Below, piece by piece: positions 52,501-64,000 of a stretch of DNA of 64,000 bases. The DNA is from Octopus sinensis. Lineage: Eukaryota. The notes beneath the pieces were generated by a model. The model was not told the origin of the DNA and searched no databases. It saw only the letters and a list, made by a program, of their open reading frames with translations. Within the stretch, counting starts at the first letter, position 1, and every line of letters begins with the position of its first letter. A program made the translations under genes and the position numbers. The stretch spans positions 6,510,001-6,574,000 of the forward strand of contig NC_043026.1 of assembly GCF_006345805.1 (NCBI RefSeq). The letters run 5' to 3'.

Positions 52501-55500
52501 CTGGAGCGGGTGCAGCAACTCAGAGTTTCCAAACACATAAGAAGTACCTGGTGGAGGAAAGAGAGAGAGAGAGAGAGATGGAGTGTTAGGGGGGAGATAC
52601 AGCATGGTCGTGTAAACGTGTGGGGGGGGGTGCTGTGTATGCGTGCATGGGTCAGTGTCTGAGTGTGGATGTGTGTATATGATTGTACATATGGGTGTGT
52701 GTGTATATGAGTACGTATGTGTATATATGGGTGTGTGTATGAGTATGTATATGAATGCGTGTATAGGTGTGTGTGTGTGTGAAAGATAAATAAATAGGTT
52801 GTATTGTTACCTTGGTAACTATCAAGTTATGATTAAAACTGTGGGAATTTTAAGTGCAAACCTGTTAAAACACTACAACACAAACCTCAAAAAGAGACTA
52901 TTTGGATATATATAACACATAGTCATTAATCTTATGTTGTATGTGGAAGAGATAAGCAGTTGGTATTGCTATTTTAGTAACTAACAACTTTCGATTAAAA
53001 CTGAGCATTTTAAATGCAAGTCTGTTAACACAATGCAACACAGACATCAAAGAGAGACTCTATGCATTTATATAATATACATATATAGGTGCAGGAGTGG
53101 CTGTGTGGTAAATAGGCGCAGGAGTGGCTTTGTGGTAAATAGGCGCAGGAGTGGCTTTGTGGTAAGTAGCTTGCTAACCAACCACATGGTTCCAGGTTCA
53201 GTCCCACTGCATGGCACTTGGGCAAGTGTCTTCTGCTATAGCCTTGGGCCGACCAATGCCTTGTGAGTGGATTTGGTAGACGGAAACTGAAAGAAGCCCG
53301 TTGTATATATGTGTATATATATATATAATACACACACATACATATGTATATATATATATATATATATATACGCACTTATACTCTCTCACTTATACGCACT
53401 TATACTCTCTCACACACACACACACACACCTATACATACCAATACGTACTAATACATACTAATACATACACCAACCCCATACATACGCACGTCCAGACCA
53501 ATCTTACGCACTAATACTTCTCATACCCACACACCCTTATACATACTAATACATACACCAACCCTATACATACACACATCCAGACCCCTCCCACGCACTT
53601 TTAGCTGGTCCCTCAACCCGTTTATCAACCCTATTATCTCCCCTTATTTCGCTCTCGCGTCTCATGTTTGATCTTTGACCTCTGGCCGAAATCAGATCGC
53701 CATGTTGATTCGTTAGCTACTGCACGCATTTTTTTTCTCTCCTTCTTCTGTGTTTTTCTCTCTCTGTGTATCTTTCTGTTGAAGAGCGTAGGCTCGAAAC
53801 GTTAAAGACTTGTTTTATTTATATTTCCTGAGCGCCATACTAATACAATTGTTCGTTTGTTTTCCACCTGCCTTCGTCTTTTGTTTATTTTCATAAAGCT
53901 TCCCGTTATATATATATATATATATATGATGATGGTGATATATATATATGTACAGCAAAAATTTAGATTCGATTGAATATGGTACTTAATTTAGATGCAC
54001 CAGAATTTTGTATGGTGTTATCCATAAAAATTTGTGGGGTGATTATAATCAAAATAAGCAACAAGAACGACTCCGGTTATTTGGTACGATCGTTTCGCAC
54101 TACATCATTTTATTAAAAGTTGTAAGTATTACAACAGATTTAAGATGCTGAGTGCTCATCAGCCAATTATAGAGGTTTTCCATTAATACAAAAATTTTCA
54201 TATCAAGTGGCAACATTATAGAGAAGGTAGATATATAGACAAAGATGTAGATTTAAATTTTAAGAACATATGAGGTAGTGAAGTCCAACCACTGACTGAC
54301 CAAGCTATGGCTGTATCTAACTGCTATAAGGTTAGAAGTAATATTTTGATTATATATATGTATATATGTATATATACATGTGTGTGTGTGTGTGTATGTT
54401 AAACTTGTAATTGTGGTATGTCTGCTGTATTTCTTGATGTTTGGCCATGTTGGCAAAAGGAATCTGCCAGAATTACACATTGCCATACAACGGAAACTGG
54501 AAGAAGCCCTTTGTTTATAGATGTATGTGTGTTTGTCTCCCCAACATTTTGGGTGTCTGTGTATGAATGTGCGTACATGCATGTGTCTGTATGTATTTAT
54601 GTGTATCTGTGTGCAAGTGTGTATGTTTATGTAGATTAATGTGCACGCATGTGTACACGTGTGTGTGTGCGAGCATCTGTGTGTCTAAGACACTTGTGTG
54701 TATATATGTAGATTTGTATGTGTTTATGCATAAATTTGTGTGTGTGAGTGTATATGTGTGTATGCTGGCAAACAAGGCCAGGTGAATGAGTGAATGTAAC
54801 CTGGCCACCTCACCTGGTTCTAATGTCTGTGGTTCGCTGTTATCTTCAGTGTTAGACAGACAATAGGCTTCGTTAGAACTGCAAAAAGAAATGGGGGCTC
54901 ATTTAAATATATATATATATACATAACTGTCTCCCACCTTCTTCTCTTTCTTTGTCCTCCAGGGGTCACCAAGTAAGACAACTATCTCTCGGTGTCTGTC
55001 CATTACACTCTAAACTCTTGCCTGGTATACAACTCCCTCCTTCGGATCCATTCCTTCTCTCAGCTGAGAGGCCTTTGTCCGGAAGGTTACTTGGCAACCC
55101 TGCTGGTGCTGGTGCCACACACATAGTACCTGTGCTGGTACCACATAAAATGGACCTGTGCTGGTTCCATGCAGAAAGCACCTGTGCCATCTCAACGCCA
55201 AAGGCACCTCTGCTAGTGCCACATATGGAGCACATGTGCCCGTGCCACATAAAATGGACCTGCGCTGGTTCCACGCAGAAAGCACCTGTGCCATCTCAAC
55301 GCCAAAGGCACCTCTGCACCCCTCAAATGACAACCTAGACACAGAACAAAGACACACGAAATGGTGCTAAGCATTTTGCCCAGTGAATTAACAATACTGC
55401 CAGTTCGACACCTTCTAATAATAAAAATAATAATAATAATAATCCTTTCTGCTGAAGGTGCAAGGCCTTGAAGTTTTGCGGGGAGGGGACTAGTCGATTA

Positions 55501-57430
55501 CATCGACCCCAGTGCATAACTGGTATTTAATTTACCGACCCTGAAAGGATGAAAAGCAAAGTCGACCTCAGTGGAATTTGAACTCAGAACACAGCGGGCG
55601 AAATACTGCTAAGCATTTCACCTGGCGTGCTAATGATTCTGCCAGCTCACAGCCTTTATAATAATAATAATAATAATAATAATTTTTTCTATTGTAGGCA
55701 CAAGGCTTCAAATTTGGGGGAAGGAATTAAGTTGATTACATCGGCCCCAGTGCATAACTGGTACTTGTTTAATCAACACTGAAAGGATGAAAGGCAACAC
55801 TGACATCAAATAATAATAATAGTAGTAATAATAATAATAATAATAATAATAATCTACAGACATTTTAGGAAGTCAGTAGAACTTACCTGAGATCCATTAA
55901 GACAATAGTAAAAGGTGAGAAATCTGTGCGGAGAGAGGCTAAGGTGTTAGAGTAAGACACAGCAGTATATTGGTCATTATTCAAATAATCAGACACAAGT
56001 TGACCTTGGAATGGAAAGAAAGAGAGTGCCGTAAGAAACAGAGATACAAATATGTGTGCGTGTGTGTGTGTTTGGATGGATGGATGGATTGATTGATAGA
56101 GAGACAGGTAGCTAAAAAGACAGACCAGGTAGCTAGAGAGATAGACAGAAAGATAGAGAGATGGCGAGCTGGCAGAAACGTTAGCACGTCGGGCGAAATG
56201 CTTAGCGGTATCTCGTCTGCCGCTACGTTCTGAGTTCAAATTCTGCCGAGGTCGACTTTGCCTTTCATCCTTTCAGGGTCGATTAAATAAGTACCAGTTA
56301 CACACTGGGGGTCGATGTAATTGACTTAACCCGTTTGTCTGTCCTTGTTTGTCCTCTCTGTGTTTAGCCCCTTGTGGGTAATAAAGAAATAGGTATTTTG
56401 TCTGCCGTTACGTTCTGAGTTCAAATTCCGCCGAGGTCGACTTTGCCTTTCATCCTTTCAGGGTCGATTAAATAAGTACCAGTTACGCACTGGGGTCAAT
56501 GGAATTGACTTAACCCGTTTGTCTGTCCTTGTTTGTCCCCTCTGTGTTTAGCCCCTTGTGGGTAATAAAGAAACAAATCATGCTTCACCAACTCGTCCTA
56601 TGTCTTCCTGGGTCTACCTCTTCCACAGGTCCCTTCCAATGTTAGAGATCAGCACTTCTTTACCTAGCTGTCCTCGTCCAAACGCATCATATAACCATAT
56701 CCGTGCAGTCGTCTCTCTTGCACACCACATCTGATGCCTCTTATGCCCAGCTTTTCTCTCAAGATGCTTACACTCTGTCGAACAGACACACTGACATTGC
56801 ACATCCAGCGAAGCACACTACCTTCATTTCTTTCAAGCTTGTGTGTGTGTGTGTGTGTGTGTGTGTAATGAAGACAAAATCAAAACCAAGGACAGTTCAC
56901 CTACCACGATGCTTCTTGGAAGGGTCTGGTTCTTCACAGTAAATGTTTAGTAAACAAGATAATTTACCATTCCGGTTCACAGCTAGCCACGTTCCACCTT
57001 CTCGTCCCTCCATAAGATCCATACCTTGATGAAACAAAACATGCAGAAGAGCTAAAGACAGTGTCGGTTGATTAGGTATACAAATTCACACATTTTTAAA
57101 CGCAGCTTTACATCACCGTCACCCGCCAACACCATCATCATATCAACATTATCATGATCATCAAAGCTGGCAGAATCGTTAGCTCGCTGGGCGAAATGCT
57201 TAGTGGTATTTCATCTGCCACTATGTTCTGAGATCAAATCCCGCTGTAGCTGACTTTGCCTTTCATCCTTTCAGGGTCAATAAATTAAGTAACAGTGAAA
57301 GCACTTGGGTTGACGTAATCAACTAGTCCCCTACCCCCATATTTCAGGCCTTGTGCCGTTAAGAGAAAGGACTATTATTATCATTATTATTATTGTTATC
57401 ATCATTATCATTGTTATTATTATTATTACA

Positions 57431-57465
<35 letters not shown>

Positions 57466-60400
57466 CATTATTATTATTATTATTCAGCGTCGCCTCGACT
57501 GGCTTCTGTGCCAGTGGCACATAAAAAGCACCATCCGAACGTGGCCGATGCCAGCGCCGCCTTGGCTGGCTTCCGTGCTGGTGGCACGTTAAAAGCACCA
57601 ACCGATCGTGGCTGATGCCAGACTCCCCTGGCACCTGTGCCGGTGGCACGTAAAAAGCACCCACTACACTTGCGCGGAGTGGTTGGCGTTAGGAAGGGCA
57701 TCCAGCTGTAGAAACACTGCCAGATCAGACTGGAGCCTGGTGCAGCCCCTGACTTCCCAGAACCCGGTCAAACCGTCCAACCTGTGCTAGCGCAGAAAAA
57801 CAGACGTTAAACGATGATGATGATGATTATTATCATTATTATTATTATTGTTATATTATCATTATTGTTATTATTATTATTATTATTCTATGTTTGACTT
57901 TTGCTTTATATTTGTACAAGTTGGCTCCAAGTCTCACCCAGAGACCTCAAGAGACAACAGGGTTGGAAGTTCATGTTGTTGTTATGCCTAGTGTGCCATA
58001 TATTTGGGGGGTGGGGATGTTGTACTAATGAATGTCTAAAAAAAAAAGTTTTTTTTTTTTTTAAACCGAAAATTATGGTTGTTTTAAACCTTGAGGTTAC
58101 ATAGAGAGTATTTTGCGTAGGATATGAGCAGTTCCCATGAGCACTATCTTTTGAACTTCTGCCATTTTTGGGTTTCCTGGTATCTGAGTTAGGTAGCCAT
58201 CAGCCCCTTTTGCTATCATTCCCAGGGCACCTATGACAACAGGTATTGTTTTAGTCTTCAGCTTCCACATTTTGCTGATTTCTATTTCAAGATCTTTATA
58301 TTTGCTCAGTTTTTGGCAGGTCCTGACAGATACGTTTATATCGATTGGGACAGTCATATCAATGAGGAGGCATGTTATTGTTTGAAGTCTTTCAATATGA
58401 TGTCTGGCCTATTTGCATCTATCTTCCTGTCAGTTTGAATGGTGAAGTTCCAGAGGAGTGAGATGTGGTCATTTTCAAGCACTGGGGGTGGTTTGTGTTC
58501 CCACCAGTTTTTTTCATGGGGCAAATCCAGGTTTTTACAGATTACCCAGTGAATATATTGTGCAGCTCTATCGTGCCTGTTGAGATACTCTGTAGGCGCT
58601 AGAAGACTGCACTTGGAGACCACATGGTCAATGGTTTCATTTTGTTGCTTGCATACACGACACGTTGGACTGCTTCTGATCTTTAATATGTTGGCCTGGT
58701 AGTTTCTTGTTGGTAGGCATTGATCTTGAGCTGCTATGATAAACCCCTCTGTTTCAGATTTTAAGCCAGAGGCCATTAGCCATTGATGGGTCAGGGCTTT
58801 GTCGATATCTGCATTATTCGCTCTCTTTGGGTATTTGCCATAGAGAGGTTTTTCTTGCCATTTATTATTCAGAATATCTAAGGCCGCAGTTTTGGCACGG
58901 GTTTTCATGCGCCTAGCTTTTTCTGTGCTTGTTTCTTGTATGTCTATCTCTAATTCCGAAATTGGTTGTATTCGGAATTCACTTAGATATTCCTTTGCCT
59001 GTTTTGTGACTGAGTATGATGCTTTCTTGTTTTCATGTTTTGAGACAAGTTTTAACATCCAGTCCTCAGAGTTTTTCAGGTAGGTGTCTAGGCCAATTGT
59101 AGCAATCTTCATTGTTATTGCCAGTTGCAAAAGACCACGGCCTCCCTCTTTTCTTGGCAGATAGAGTCGTTCTGTATCTGCCTTAGGGTGGTGCATTCTA
59201 TGCATTGTCAACAGTTTCCTTATTTTTCTGTCGAGCTGACATATTTCAGTAATTGACCAGTTAACAATATTGAAACTGTAAGTCACGACTGGTATAGCTA
59301 ATGCATTGATTGCTTCGATCCTGTTTCTTGCATTCAGCTCTGTCTTGAGTATTGCTCTCACTCTTCGATAGCATTCTCTCCTGATCCTTTCCTTCATCTC
59401 TGAATGCCTTATTCCGTTCCCTTCAATTACCCCTAGGTACTTGTAGCTCTCCGCTGGGTCTAGTTCTTTTATGACATTCTGTTGGTCAAGGTTAACGTTA
59501 GATGTTTCTGTCATTTTTCCTTTGATAAAGGTAGCCTTTGCACATTTATCGAGGCCGAATTGCATTCTGATGTCGTCACTGAATTGTTTGACTATCGCTA
59601 GTAAGCCCTTGAGTTGTTGATCATTTTTTGCAAAAAGCTTTAAATCATCCATGTAAATGAGATGATTTATATTTTTATCAAACATTTTATATCCGTACTG
59701 CGCGTCATTGAGCAGCTTTGAGAGAGGTATTAAGGATAAACAAAAGAGGAGTGGTGACAGTGAGTCACCCTGGAAAATGCCACACGAAATTTTTACATCA
59801 CCAGCATTTAGGGATTCACTGTCACTGTTCAGAGTTAGTGTGGTTCTCCATGATCTCATACTTACAGTCAAGAAGTTTCGCAGAGTTGGTGCTATCTTAT
59901 ACATTTCAAGGCATTTCCTAATCCAGCTATGTGGTAGGCTATCAAAAGCCTTTTTATAGTCTATCCAGGCTATTGATAAGTTTTTGTGTCGTTTGTGACA
60001 AAGCTATTGATAAGTTTTTGTGTCGTTTGTGACAAGAGTGTCGTTTGTGACAATTATTATTATTATTATTATTATTATTGTTATTATTGTTATTATTATC
60101 ATTATTATTATTATTATTATTGTTATTATTATCATTATTGTTATTATTATTATTATTGTTATTATTATTATTATTGTTATTATTATTGCTATTGTCATTA
60201 CTGTTATTATTATTATCATCATAATTATTATTATTATTATAATTATTATTGTTATTATTATTATTATTAATGTGGTGAGCTGGTAAACAAGCAAAAGATA
60301 AAAGAAAACAAGAAATACTGCTTACCACCAATACACTGGGGATTGTCCTTCCAGAATCCGAGGGGCAACGTGAGCCGATCCCAGCTTTCATCACGGACAT

Positions 60401-60467
60401 TGGCTAAGATCAGGCGATATTTATCTGGCGAAGGATCCGCAAGGAAATGGAAGAAGAGCATACACAT
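49375..60467 (-). CDS. TANGO2: Transport and Golgi organization protein 2 homolog (NRDE family), 7 exons, 831 nt, 276 aa
   Basis: N-terminus MCMLFF, LILANVRDE, EGREGGTWL, RTHTVLLVDGDG and ERT match TANGO2. All introns are GT-AG and the frame stays open to TAG at 49375. Confidence 0.95.
50487..50864 (+). mobile_element. Non-autonomous Helitron
   Basis: A|TC ... hairpin CTAG|T. Confidence 0.85.
51104..51199 (-). CDS. TANGO2: TANGO2 exon 6 (YYDQEYSQKFPSFNSTIPYIYFQCEEERRGSR)
   Basis: tatccag acceptor, gtaaaa donor, 96 nt, phase-compatible on both sides; weak similarity. Confidence 0.8.
52388..52547 (-). CDS. TANGO2: TANGO2 exon 5 (TSYVFGNSELLHPLQKVCKGKELFDD...MMMNKEP)
   Basis: ccaccag acceptor, gtaaga donor, 160 nt. 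Confidence 0.92.
53771..53808 (+). ncRNA. Degenerate hammerhead motif (core CUGUUGA) in a Penelope-like repeat
   Basis: tcttt CTGTTGA a gagc-gtag-gctc GAAA CG T T aaaga. Confidence 0.45.
54814..54878 (-). CDS. TANGO2: TANGO2 exon 4 (SNEAYCLSNTEDNSEPQTLEPG)
   Basis: tttttgcag acceptor, gtgagg donor, 65 nt; joins phase 2 to phase 1 as required. Confidence 0.9.
55887..56004 (-). CDS. TANGO2: TANGO2 exon 3 (QLVSDYLNNDQYTAVSYSNTLASLRTDFSPFTIVLMDLS)
   Basis: ttccaag acceptor, gtaagt donor, 118 nt. Confidence 0.92.
56905..57024 (-). CDS. TANGO2: TANGO2 exon 2 (GMDLMEGREGGTWLAVNRNGKLSCLLNIYCEEPDPSKKHRG)
   Basis: tcaag acceptor, gtaggt donor, 120 nt. Confidence 0.94.
57888..60052 (-). mobile_element. 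5'-truncated non-LTR retrotransposon, R4/Dong-like (RT plus CCHC plus restriction-like endonuclease)
   Basis: ORF 59904-58375 has GIFQGDSLSP, YMDDLKL, CRVC...TIDHVVSKC and RPDI. It continues after a 1-nt frameshift into DMTVP...KLSKYKDL...VVIGALG (58357-58097). (AAT)n flanks both ends. Confidence 0.9.
60326..60467 (-). CDS. TANGO2: TANGO2 coding exon 1 (MCMLFFHFLADPSPDKYRLILANVRDESWDRLTLPLGFWKDNPQCIG)
   Basis: ATG at 60467, donor gtaagc. An acceptor-like ctctccctttctctcccaatag at about 60489 implies an upstream UTR exon. Confidence 0.94.
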
Positions 60468-60568
60468 CGTCAGGATGAGCGTGTCCCCCTATTGGGAGAG
60501 AAAGGGAGAGAGATGTAGCAAAACAACCAACCAATGGGGGGACGTTCAGATTAGTCGGCCCCTGGAGG

Positions 60569-60867
60569 TATGTGGCACTAGCACAGGTGCCTTTGACGTT
60601 GGACTGGCACAGGTGCTTTCTGCGTGGCACCAGCACAGGTCCATTTACGTGGCACTAACACGGGTACTATTTGTGTGGCACCAGCACCAGCAGGGTTGCC
60701 AAGTAACCTGCCAGACAAAGGCCTTTCAGTTGAGAGAAGGAATGGATCCGAAGGAGGGAGTTGTATACCAGGCAAGAGGTTAGAGTGTAATGAACAGACC
60801 CAGAGAAATAGTTGTCTTACTTGGTGACCCCTGGAGGACAAAGAAAGAGAAGAAGGTGGGAGAGAGT

Positions 60868-60909
<42 letters not shown>

Positions 60910-61050
60910 GAGCCCCCATTTCTTTTTGCAGTTCTAACGAAGCCTATTGTCTGTCTAACACTGAAGATAACAGCGAACCACAGACATTAGAACCAGGTGA
61001 GGTGGCCAGGTTACATTCACTCATTCACCTGGCCTTGTTTGCCAACATAC
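60569..61050 (+). pseudogene. Inverted duplicate of TANGO2 intron 3 end, exon 4 and intron 4 start (exon copy at 60932-60996)
   Basis: Reverse complement of about 54741-55226; 60907-61044 is identical to 54766-54903. Confidence 0.93.
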
Positions 61051-61299
61051 ACAGACACACACTCACACAGTGTATGGTGTTCTGACATCACCTCACACAA
61101 AACCAATGAAATTTTCCCTCTGGTCAGAACTGGGCCCTAAGAAAAATACAGGCCGTGACTTCTTAAGAATGGTAGATGACTATCATGCCAAGACAAATTA
61201 TAGAGTCCCTACAAGGAAGTCGACCAAGCAGAACACTGGACTTGACCCTAGTTGAATCGTCGGGTGACATGCAGTGCTTGAGGACACCTGTTGAGTGAA

Positions 61300-62155
61300 G
61301 TAAATCAATCGAATCACAATCAAATGGAAATTGTAGTTGTGGCCGATACCAGTGCCACCTGATTGGCCCCTGTGACGGTGGCACGTAAAAAGCACCATCT
61401 GAATGTGGCCGATACTAGTGCCGTCTGACTGGCTCCCATGCTGGTGGCACCTAAAAAGCACCATCCAAACGTGGATGATACCAGCTCCCATGCTGGCGGT
61501 ACATAAAAAGCACCATCCAAATATGGCCGATGCCAGTGCTGCCTGACTGGCTCTCGTGCCAGTGGCACGTAAAAAGCACCATCTGAATGTGGCCGATACT
61601 AGTGCCGCCTGACTGGCTCCCATGCTGGTGGCACCTAAAAAGCACCATCCAAACATGGATGATACCAGCTCCTATGCTGGCGGTACGTAAAAAGCACCAT
61701 CTGAATGTGGCCGATACTAGTGCCGCCTGACTGGCTCCCATGCTGGTGGCACCTAAAAAGCACCATCCAAACATGGATGATACCAGCTCCTATGCTGGCG
61801 GTACGTAAAAAGCACCATCTGAATGTGGCCGATACTAGTGCCGCCTGACTGGCTCCCATGCTGGTGGCACCTAAAAAGCACCATCCAAACATGGATGATA
61901 CCAGCTCCTATGCTGGCGGTACGTAAAAAGCACCATTTGAATGTGGCCGATGCCAGTGCTGCCTGACTGGCTATCGTGCCAGTGGCACGTAAAAAGCACC
62001 CACTAACACTCAGAGTGGTTGGCGATAGGGAAGGCATCAAGTTGTAGAAACTTTGCCAGATCAGATTGGAACCTGGTGTGGCCTCCTGGCTTGCCAGCCC
62101 TCAGTCAACCTGTCCAACCCATGCCAGCATGGAAAGCAGATGTTAAACGATGATG
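61300..62155 (+). mobile_element. RTE-type 3' end with an expanded internal array (higher-order unit of about 119 bp)
   Basis: Repeated AAAAGCACCATC...GTGGCAC units followed by the same RTE-type tail. Confidence 0.7.
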
Positions 62156-62756
62156 AAATCGTAAAGCATTAGCTATGAGCAGATGGCATTTCCACCTGCC
62201 TAATGTCAGTAGCACCACAAGAATGGTTCTGTGAAACAAGGGAGGTTTTTTTGCGGCCTCCTGTATATTCGCCTAATCTGTGTGTGGGATGGTCATGCAG
62301 TCATGCTTTTGCTATTAAAAATTTAATGGTTCAAAGTTAATCTGGGTTAAACGACGACAACAATAAGGCCTTTCTACATGGTCGTCCAGACTGCTAGACA
62401 TAGCAACCAAATGTAGAAACAAACAAATGAATAGGCGCAGGAGTGGCTGTGTGGTAAGTAGCTTAAAAACTGATGTAATACTTACATTGTTTAATAAAAT
62501 GAAGTAGCATGAAACGATTGTACTACACTACCTTGGATATCCTTGTTGCTTATTTTGATTATATGTACATATATATTTATGTATGCACGCAGGAGTGGCT
62601 GTGTGGTAAGTAGCTTGCTAACCAACCACATAGTTCCAGGTTCAGTCCCACTGCGTGGCATCTTGGGCAAGTGTCTTCTGCTATAGCCCCGGGCCGACCA
62701 ATGCCTTGTGAGTGGATTTGGTAGACGGAAACTGAAAGAAGCCTGTCGTATATATG

Positions 62757-62787
<31 letters not shown>

Positions 62788-64000
62788 TTGTGTTTGTCTC
62801 CCTAGCATTGCTTGACAACCGATGCTGGTGTGTTTACGTCCCCGTCACTTAGCGGTTCGGCAAAAGAGACCGATAGAATAAGTATTGGGCTTACAAAGAA
62901 TAAGTCCCGGGGTCGATTTGGTCGACTAAAGGCGGTGTTCCAGCATGGCCACAGTCAAATGACTGAAACAAGTAAAAGAGAGAAAAGAGAATATTTAAGA
63001 ATTCCAAAATAAAACCTAACATAATTTGGACTTTGGTAATCAGCTTCGTTTGTGAATATAAGACATTAAAAATGGGGCACATTGCACAATGTAGTCCAAA
63101 GGAAAAAGATGAGATGCTCATTCTGTCATGTTTTTGATATCAAAGATCTTTTGGTTCAAGTTTAAGCTGTGTTAAGAAGAAAAATAATCAGCAGAAGACG
63201 AGAGAAGGAGACCTCAATGTGGTCACTCTATATGCTAGAAATAATAGCCTAAATTTCCTTCAATCCACATCCTTCCAACTGCTTTTAATGTGCATCTGCC
63301 CAAATGTAGAATTGTGCGTAACCCTTTCGATGCCAACCCGGCTGAAACCACCTCTGGCTCTGTAGTACAAATGTCTTGTTTTCATAAGTTCTGAATTAAA
63401 ATCTTCCACCAAACTTTAGTCACAATTTATGTTCCTAACACTAGCTTAATGATAACCAAGTTATTTTACTAAATTCTTTCTTATATTTAAAATTAATTGA
63501 AAGAGACACAGAGCATCTCAACAGAAATATGGTAACGAAAGGGTTAAGAAGAAAAATAATCAGCAAAAGACATCAGAGAAGGAGACCTCAATGTGGTCAT
63601 TCTATATGCTAGAAATAATAGCCTAAATTTCCTTCAATCCACACCCTTCCAACTGCTTTTAATGTGCATCTGCCCAAATGTAGAATAGTGTGTAACCCTT
63701 TCGATACCAAACTGGCTCTGGCTCTGAGAACAAATGTCCTGTTTTCATAAGTTTTTAATTAAAATCTTCCACCAAACCTTAGTCACAATTTATGTTCCTA
63801 ACACTGTCATTCTACAGTCCAAATAATAAACCAGTGCATATCCGAGAAGAAAGCGAGGCCCTTAATAAAATAATCTTTGAGTTGTTGTAACATTATTGAA
63901 GGCCCCCCCCCAAAAAAACCTTGGGCGAAGTGGCAAGGTTGGAGGTTTTACATTTTTTTTCTACTGACAGCAAACGACAACCGACAAAAATTGGCAATGG

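Noticed and set aside
60932-60996. Exon copy as part of a second, plus-strand TANGO2 gene
   Set aside because: No plus-strand copies of other TANGO2 exons were found in the window.

Overview
Eukaryotic genomic DNA that is rich in microsatellites, SINEs and LINEs. The repeat families and gene style suggest an octopus or other coleoid cephalopod (inference). Three multi-exon genes could be rebuilt by hand from GT-AG boundaries and reading frame. (1) AMPK catalytic alpha subunit (PRKAA), minus strand, ATG at 28917, 16 coding exons in the window; the last exon lies beyond position 1. (2) ARMC7, plus strand, 34093-45390, 7 exons, with a 1-nt frame discrepancy at the exon 5/6 junction. (3) TANGO2 (NRDE family), minus strand, 60467-49375, 7 exons, 276 aa. 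The introns hold tRNA-derived SINEs, RTE and CR1-like LINE 3' ends, a near-intact 5'-truncated R4/Dong-type RLE retrotransposon inside an (AAT)n tract, non-autonomous Helitrons, MITEs, foldbacks and minisatellites. The most unusual observations: an inverted copy of TANGO2 exon 4 with both splice sites (138 bp identical) just upstream of the ATG exon; several minimal type I hammerhead ribozyme motifs in Penelope-like repeats, two in sense orientation within ARMC7 introns; inverted minisatellite arrays closely flanking AMPK exons 2 and 14; a 30-nt candidate AMPK microexon; and a VRDE variant of the TANGO2 NRDE motif. Exon coordinates were counted base by base. Repeat boundaries are approximate. 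No database search or folding computation was run.
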